Below are positions 7,100-13,900 of a DNA stretch of 16,759 nt, piece after piece (positions within the stretch are counted from its first letter, which is position 1; the number at the start of each line of letters is the position of its first letter). The stretch lies in assembly GCA_045535075.1 (NCBI GenBank), contig JAZSKX010000004.1, positions 1 through 16,759 on the forward strand. The letters are read 5' to 3'. The notes below the pieces were generated by a model, which ran no database searches, was not told the DNA's origin, and was given only the letters and a program-made list of their open reading frames with translations. A program made the position numbers and the translations under genes. The stretch comes from Candidatus Spyradenecus sp. Its GTDB lineage: Bacteria; Verrucomicrobiota; Verrucomicrobiia; Opitutales; UBA953.

Positions 7100-8275
7100 C
7101 TAGGCAACGAGAACGATTTTTCGGATTTTGTCGGCTCCCGGAATTTTTGTACGAATTTTCCGGAGTATCGCGCTTTTTTGGAATTCGAATTCCTGCCGAA
7201 CAACCGGGTTCGTACACTGCACTTTAAGCGTCGAAAAATTATTTTCAAGCGCAACGGGCGAAGTACGCCCTGCAAGTTTTTCGGGAATTAAATTATGCCA
7301 TTCCCGAACAATAGCCGATTGCAGGCTATATTCAAAAAGCCCGCGGGAACGCAAAAGGTTTTCCCAAAACGGCGCAACATCCTGCGGCTCTGTTTTGCTC
7401 TGCTCGCGCCGCGCCTCAGAAGTTTCGGCAAAGCGGCGGGAAATTTTGATTTCTTTTTCCCGATCTAAATCTCCATATTTCCGGGGCGCCGGATCTTCCT
7501 GCGGGAAACCGCTCAACGCAGCGAGCAGATTATTCGCGCTACGCGTCAGTTTTTTTTTTGAGATTTCTCCGACGAGGCGTTCCCGCAAGTACTCGGGAAC
7601 GCCGCGCAAGCTCGGAAAAATCGGAACGTTTTCCGGAGGAAGTTCCGTTGCCCGCGTTGTTACCCAAGCCGCATTAGCACCGAAACGGACGGCGGGAACG
7701 ATGTCTTCGGCGAGCGTGTCCCCGACATGCAACAGTTCGCCGCGCGGAATGCACATTGTGCGGCAAAGATTATCAAACGCTGCTTCACTCGGTTTGGCGA
7801 CACCGGTCTCGGACGAAACGAGGATTTTGTCGAAAAAATGAGCGATTTTCTTGTCCGCCAAGGCTTTTTTCCAACGGGAATCTCCATTTGAGAGAACGAC
7901 GGTTTTTACGCCGAGAAAACTGACAGCTTCAAGCGCGGGAACGACATCCGGCATCAGCTTCCAGTGCTCCGGAGATGCCAAGGCCCGATAAATGAAATCG
8001 ACGGCGATCTCGAATTGGCGGTTGTTGCAGCGCCCGGCGAAAATCTCCCAAAGCATGGCGCGCCAATAGTCGCGGGAACGCTGTTCGCTTGTCGGGCTGT
8101 TACCGTTTGCCTGCGCCACGCGGCGGGCGAGATTGCGGCGGGCGTTGAATTCCGTTGCATCCGGAATGTTCGGAATGTTTTGCGCGCGCATCGCGTCAAC
8201 GCACAAATCGCCGATCGACGGGAACGGCTTCAAGAGCGTTCCCGTGAGGTCGAAGGACACAACGGAGATTTTCAT
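7100..8275 (-). CDS. HAD-IA (REG-2-like) hydrolase fused to a C-terminal DUF721/DciA-like domain
   Basis: Start chosen at ATG 8275 (391 aa), 5 nt after the GH13 stop. HAD motifs are FDLTGTL, LSNGD, AKP and HVGDTLAED. The last ~75 aa (IVREWHNLIPEKLAGRTSPVAL...LKVQCTNPVVRQEFEFQKSAILRKI...IRKIVL) fit the DUF721 pattern. Confidence 0.85.
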   Translation of the reverse strand: MKISVVSFDLTGTLLKPFPSIGDLCVDAMRAQNIPNIPDATEFNARRNLARRVAQANGNSPTSEQRSRDYWRAMLWEIFAGRCNNRQFEIAVDFIYRALASPEHWKLMPDVVPALEAVSFLGVKTVVLSNGDSRWKKALADKKIAHFFDKILVSSETGVAKPSEAAFDNLCRTMCIPRGELLHVGDTLAEDIVPAVRFGANAAWVTTRATELPPENVPIFPSLRGVPEYLRERLVGEISKKKLTRSANNLLAALSGFPQEDPAPRKYGDLDREKEIKISRRFAETSEARREQSKTEPQDVAPFWENLLRSRGLFEYSLQSAIVREWHNLIPEKLAGRTSPVALENNFSTLKVQCTNPVVRQEFEFQKSAILRKIRTKIPGADKIRKIVLVA

Positions 8276-8280
8276 TGAGC

Positions 8281-10794
8281 CTAATCTTCTCCGCGAATCC
8301 AAAGCGAGACGGACAACGGCGGGAGCGTAAGGAATGCTCCTTCGTGAGAAAATCCGCTTTCGGGCGCGACGCCTTCGAAGTCGATTTCCGAGGAATTTGC
8401 AATTTGGCGGAATCCTTCGAGTACAGACTTCTGAATTTGAACCGTTGCCTCTGCGCTTTGCGGATTAAGCATGAGCGCGTATTGCATTTTTCCCTGAGAA
8501 AAATCGGCGTTATAAATCGCAACAACGGCAGTATTTCTCTGATCGGGATAAAAGCGGAAAAACTCGCGGGAAACATTGTGGCGCTGGCGGAAGAGGCGTC
8601 CGCGCGGAGAAAGCCGGAAGCGAATCCACGCGCGCACGAATGCGTGCGTTTTTGCGAAACGAATCAAACGCGTGTAATCGAGCGCATTTTCTTCGCCGTC
8701 GAGATAGGTGTTGTTTTTTCCGTGTTTTGTACGGAGGAAATCCTGACCTTGGGCAAGCATCGGAGTTCCGAGCGCGGAAAGCAAGAATGCGAACATGATG
8801 TGCGTCCGCCGCCGATCCTGTTCGGTCGGATTTTCGGCGTTGGAGTTCCCGCATTCGGTGATGCGATCAAGCCAGCAACGGTCATCGTGCGACTCCGTAT
8901 AGTTAATTGTCTGCGCCGGGAACGTTGCGAAATATTCGGGAGATCCGGCGAGGAAGTAGCGGAATCCGTCGAGGTTGACGGCGTTGTGAACGTATTTTGC
9001 GGCGTAGTCGCGGAATCCGTCGTTCCAAGACGAGAATGTTGTTTTTCTTAAGTTGTATGCGATGTGCCCGCGGAAACTCCACGGCTCCGCAATGAGAATC
9101 GCATCCGGGAAACGCGTACGCACAGTTGATTCGATAACGCGCAACGCGGGAACGCCGATAAGTTCGGCGAGGTCGAAACGGAATCCGTCCACGCCATAGC
9201 GTTCCAGCATCCAAATCAGACTGTCGCAAATGAGCTTTCGGGACATCGGATTGTTTGCGTTGTAATCGTTCCCGCAACCGCTCCAATTGGTAAAATTGCC
9301 GTAAGGGTCGAGATGGAAGTAGTAATTTTTGTCGACGCGGAAAAGGTGGTTCGGCTCGCCGACATGATTATAAACGACATCCAAAATAACCGCGATTCCC
9401 GCCTCATGGAATGCGTCGACGAGATCTCGGAATCCTTCGATTTGCGTTCCCGCGGACGGATCGGACGCATAATGCGAAGCCGGTGCGAACCAATTATTCG
9501 TCATGTAGCCCCAGTGATAATCTTCGCGTTTTTCCGCATCGAATTCCTGAATCGGTTGCAATTCAACGGCATTGATGCCGAGATTTTTCAGATAACAATC
9601 GGGCGATCGGACCCACTCGGCAAGCTCCCGAAAACCGATTGTTTTATTTTCCGAAAACTGCGGCAGGCGCGCAATCAGGTCGCGCAGATGAACTTCCATG
9701 ATCACCAGGTCCGAAAGATCCGGCGTATGAAACTTCTTGGAAGGAAATCCGATTTGGCTTTCATCGACAACAATCGCCGGGCCGCTTCGGCTGCAACAAG
9801 CTTTGGCGTAAGGATCCAAAATCGGCATGTCTTCGGCAAACGCCGATGTATTGTCCACGTTTTTCCCGCTTATGTAATAGAAATAAAAACATCCGGAAAG
9901 GTTGGCGTTGTATTCGTATTCCCAAACTCCGTTTTCGAGCGGACGCAAATCAAATCGCCTGCGAGCGACGTTCCCGCTCCAAAATTCGACGCTTACGGAC
10001 AAGGCTCGCGGAGCAAAAATGCGGAAAACCGTTTTCTTTCCGTCACGGGAAATATGCGAACCGAGCGGAATCGGCGAAAAAATTTTCGCAATCATGAATC
10101 CTGCCTTCACCGGAATTGCGTGCGGGCGATCCGCGCTGTTCCACACCAATTCCTCAGGCAGATTAAAATCAATCGGACGTTCGCAGATAAATTGGAAAAC
10201 CTGATAGCCGGTTTGATTGCGCCGGGCGCACAAATTGCCGTTCCCGCTTTCGTCCAAAACTAAATTGACGGACTCTGACGGCGGGCCAAGCCATTCCCCG
10301 GCCTTCGTAACAAATTTAAACGAAACCTTTTCCGTGTGGTCGCCGTAAAACACGTTTTCCTGCGGAACCCGCAGTTCCCAAATATCATATTGCCCGCTGA
10401 CGACGCGCCGGAGACGCCAAGCCGGATTGCCGATGGCATCTTTCCAGCCGTTAAAATTGCCGGCAACAAAAACTTCCGCATCCGGCGCTACGTAATGCCC
10501 GCTGTAAAGACGCGGATAAAGCACGAACACGACCGTGTTCCCGTCCATGTAGTAACCGTAATTGATCCCTGCGATTTGCGGCGGCACTCGGACAATTTCG
10601 CGGATGCGTGCTCCCGAACGCAAGCTCAGCGGCGGCATTTTTTTTAAATCGCGCCAGTCGCAGGAAAGAAAAACAATTCCGGTGTTGCTCGAAACCCAAA
10701 GCGCCGACTCCAAAGATGCGTGTTCCGAAGATTGTGCATTGGCGAGTGCGGGAAGCCCCAAAAAGTTAGAAAGTTTTTTAAACAGAGAAGACAT
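8281..10794 (-). CDS. GH13 pullulanase/glycogen-debranching-like enzyme with CBM48-like domains
   Basis: Motifs VFVAGNFNGW, FRIFAPRA, DPYAK, YHWGY, DVVYNH and catalytic GFRFDLAE / IAEPW / YTESHDD. ATG 10794 (837 aa) is preferred over ATG 10860, which lies inside a hairpin. Confidence 0.92.
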   Translation of the reverse strand: MSSLFKKLSNFLGLPALANAQSSEHASLESALWVSSNTGIVFLSCDWRDLKKMPPLSLRSGARIREIVRVPPQIAGINYGYYMDGNTVVFVLYPRLYSGHYVAPDAEVFVAGNFNGWKDAIGNPAWRLRRVVSGQYDIWELRVPQENVFYGDHTEKVSFKFVTKAGEWLGPPSESVNLVLDESGNGNLCARRNQTGYQVFQFICERPIDFNLPEELVWNSADRPHAIPVKAGFMIAKIFSPIPLGSHISRDGKKTVFRIFAPRALSVSVEFWSGNVARRRFDLRPLENGVWEYEYNANLSGCFYFYYISGKNVDNTSAFAEDMPILDPYAKACCSRSGPAIVVDESQIGFPSKKFHTPDLSDLVIMEVHLRDLIARLPQFSENKTIGFRELAEWVRSPDCYLKNLGINAVELQPIQEFDAEKREDYHWGYMTNNWFAPASHYASDPSAGTQIEGFRDLVDAFHEAGIAVILDVVYNHVGEPNHLFRVDKNYYFHLDPYGNFTNWSGCGNDYNANNPMSRKLICDSLIWMLERYGVDGFRFDLAELIGVPALRVIESTVRTRFPDAILIAEPWSFRGHIAYNLRKTTFSSWNDGFRDYAAKYVHNAVNLDGFRYFLAGSPEYFATFPAQTINYTESHDDRCWLDRITECGNSNAENPTEQDRRRTHIMFAFLLSALGTPMLAQGQDFLRTKHGKNNTYLDGEENALDYTRLIRFAKTHAFVRAWIRFRLSPRGRLFRQRHNVSREFFRFYPDQRNTAVVAIYNADFSQGKMQYALMLNPQSAEATVQIQKSVLEGFRQIANSSEIDFEGVAPESGFSHEGAFLTLPPLSVSLWIRGED

Positions 10795-10813
10795 GATTTC
10801 GGGAATGCCGTGC

Positions 10814-10842
10814 AGACTATAGGACTTCACACGGATTGGCAA
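10814..10842 (-). promoter_or_regulatory. Candidate sigma70-type promoter for the GH13-HAD-crcB-hsdM transcript
   Basis: Minus strand TTGCCA (10842-10837), a 17-nt spacer, then TAGTCT (10819-10814), about 20 nt upstream of ATG 10794. Confidence 0.4.
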
Positions 10843-10845
10843 GAA

Positions 10846-10912
10846 ACGAAGTAAGCGCATTTCCGGGAAAATCCGATTGGTTTTCAGGAAGGCGAAAATG
10901 CGCTCGCTTCGT
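10846..10912 (-). terminator. Long imperfect hairpin after the PEP-CTERM gene stop; probable terminator
   Basis: ACGAAG-ta-AGCGCATTT (10846-10862) pairs with AAATGCGCT-cg-CTTCGT (10896-10912). It begins 6 nt after the stop and is followed by TTCTT on the minus strand. Confidence 0.55.
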
Positions 10913-10918
10913 CATACG

Positions 10919-13900
10919 TCAACGCCGCTTGCGGCGTCGTGAAAACGCAAACGCGAGGGAAAGCGTTCCCGCAAGAACACCGAAAAGCGACGGTTCGGGA
11001 ATCGCCAAAATTCCGACGGTTCCGTCACGTCCCGTTCCCGAGAAATAAAGCTCGAACAAATTGCCCCGGAGATTTGAAAAATATCCGCTCGCCAAGGCAT
11101 CTTCCCCGGAAATCAAGTCGCCCGGATTGAGAATTTTTGCATTTTCGCCGTTGCCGAGAATCAAACTGTCAACCCCGGAAAAGAGTGTAAGCTTTTCCCC
11201 TGCGCTCAAAGCATCGGCACGCACCAAAACAGCATCGCTCAAGAGAATGCCCTGCTCCAGCGTTACCGAACTTCCCATGGAAAGTCCGCCCTCGGCGACA
11301 TCCAACGTCGAGCCGATATCCAAAGTGAGGTTTGCGTTCAGATGTGCTCCGGCACCGAATGAAGCCGTTCCCGTAACACAAACACTTGCCTCCGTTGCCG
11401 TATTTCCGGGGCTATCCTTGAAGAATCCGGCAATTGTATCCTCGCCGATTCCCAAGTCCGTCAACTCGTAATTTTCCGTCCCGTACATGTTGAGCGTTCC
11501 CGCCGCCGCATTGACTACCGCAAGTGCATTTCCGGAATTATCAATCGTAAGCGTTCCCGCACCGGTTTTTTCGAGTGTACCGCGTCCGCCGGAACGTTCC
11601 AACGCACGCGTTGAATTCAGGCTTGCACCCGCTGCGACATCGTACGTTACGAGTGCCTTGTCCGAAAGCGTCGTCGCAACGGCAAGCGTGTTCGTTCCCG
11701 AAATAGCCTTGATCGTTCCCGCCGAGTCGATTGCGACAGCGGCTTTTTCGCCGTCGATTGTCGTATCGTTCAAAGAGAGCGTTCCTTCGGAAAGAGTCGT
11801 CACGTTGTTCAGCGGAACAGAATTATCCACCGCCAAGCTCGCGCTTTTTTGGACGGTAATTCCGGCGGCATTGTTGAACGCGGAATTGTGCTTGAGCGTT
11901 CCCGCGCCGACGACTTCCAGGCTTGTCGTCCCCTGCAAACCAAGCGTTCCCGTAAAGGAGACGGTAACGCCTTCCGTTTCACTGCGTTGCATCCGAAAAT
12001 CGGCATCCGCTGTCGTTGCCGCCGTGTCGACGGTAATCTTACCTTCGGTATCCGCAGAGCCCCAAGTCATATTATTGGAGAATTTTACAGAGCTGCCCGC
12101 CGCTCCGACGGCGCCGATCGTTGTATCGGAAGCAAGACTGACGACAAGTTCACTACGTTGCGTGCCGCCGGCGGCATACAGTTGCCCGCCTTCCTGGACC
12201 AGAAGATTGGCTTTTACGCCTCCGGAAACCCATTCATTATAGGCACTCCCTTTCAATTCCAGCCCGCTGAGCAGATTCATTCGTCCGCCCTCCTGAATAG
12301 TAACATCAGCGGATTTGCGGTAGAGCGTCATGGCAGCATTGGATGTCAGCGTACCATAGACGTTAATTTTATTGGCTCCGGCAGTCAATTGCGACTGCTC
12401 TCCGCCCACCGCCAATACAAAATCAGAAGCCGTTGTCCCGCTGGTTTCCCCGGCGATAATCAGGTGCGCCCCGGCGGATACGTTAAGCTCGGATTTCGCA
12501 TATGCTGCATCATTGGGCATCAGACAGAGCCCTTTCACGTACATCGTGCCATTGGCATCACTACCGCCAATGGTCAGCGTTCCGGAACTATGATTGTAGT
12601 ACGACCGGCGACTATCCAGGCTTGCCCCGTTTTTCAGGTTAATCGTGTTGTTGTTCCAACTGCGCGTCCGTGCAGAGCTTTCGGCAATACTGAGTCCGTC
12701 AATAGTGACGCTCTTGCCGCCGGCCAGGTTGAAGTTGCCGACGCCGAGCGTTCCCGTGCCGCCCAAAGTCACGTTGTTCCCGTTCGGATTGAGTGTTCCT
12801 ACGGTGGCGTTGCCGTTGAAGTTGGCGGTAATATTGCTCTGGTCAAGTGTAACCGTGGTAATGTCGGTTGCCCCGTTGAAGTTGGATGTGGTATTGTCAG
12901 AACCGGTGTCGAAGCCTGCCAGTGAGACAGAGCCGTTGATATCCAGCGTACCGCCGCCTCTGCGTTCCCATGTGCCGCTGCTACCGGAAACGTTCCCGTT
13001 GATGATGAGGTGATTACCGCTGTTCTGGTGTACCTGCGACGTGCCTTCCAGTTCCAGATTGCCGTCAATAGTCGTTTTTGCCGTTATCTGGGCGTTAACG
13101 CCTCCCGCCAGTTTCAGCGTGTTGCCGAAGCTACTACCCGTGAGCGTGAGGTTGCCGGTCGTCACATGAGTCGTCCCTTCAAAATTCTCATCAATGGCGA
13201 GCTTGTTGTTATAGGTGTTACCGGCGGTGTCGAGCTTGATTTGCAAGGTTCCGATGCCGGAAATGTTGCTGACGGTGGCTGTGCTCTCCTGTGTATTGGT
13301 CAGTACCAGAGTGCCGGAGGCGGCAATCTCCACTTCACCCTCGGCTGCGGTGTAGTCCGCCGCAGTCAGCTTGTTGTTGAGCACCAGCTTGCCGCTTTCC
13401 ACATTCAAGTCGCCGCTGAGTGTGATATCGCTGCCGGAGAAGCTGTAGGTTTCGTTGTTCGTGAAGCGCAGACCGCCTGCGGTTGCTGTGCTTGTGAATT
13501 GAAGGGTTTGGGATGGCTCGCGGTCGCGGAACAGAACGGTTTCGCCTGCGCTGAACACGGCATAATCATCCTGCCATTCCGTAATGCCGTCAGCAAAGCG
13601 GACGGTTACTTTCAAGCCGCTACCGTCGGCAGTAAAAGTGCTTCCCGCAAGGTAATCCGGCATGTTGTCTGCCAGTATTGCATTACGCCCGCTCCAGTCG
13701 CCGGAAAGCAAGTTGTAGGTGGCTCCGTGCTCAAGCGACAGATGATTGCTGAAGCTGACGGCTTGATCGCTGAAGTCTTCTCCGTATTGAATGTTTGCGT
13801 TTAGCAGGGATGTCGCGTCATTCAACGCCGTGCTGTCAAATTCCAGAGTACCGCCGTTGAGAATCAAAGTCCCCTCCAGAGTACCTTGCGAGCCGTTGCT

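Larger units (their letters stand above)
1021..11905. repeat. Dispersed, highly over-represented motif GCGGGAAC(G)/(C)GTTCCCGC
   Basis: Manual count gives about 27 exact 8-mers (12 on +, 15 on -), 21 of them the 9-mer GCGGGAACG, plus about 20 further copies of the core CGGGAAC. Random expectation is about 0.5 for an 8-mer in this window. Confidence 0.9.

Noticed and set aside
10795..10860. N-terminal extension of GH13 from ATG 10860
   Set aside because: That ATG lies within the probable terminator hairpin and upstream of the candidate promoter, so ATG 10794 is preferred, though not proven.
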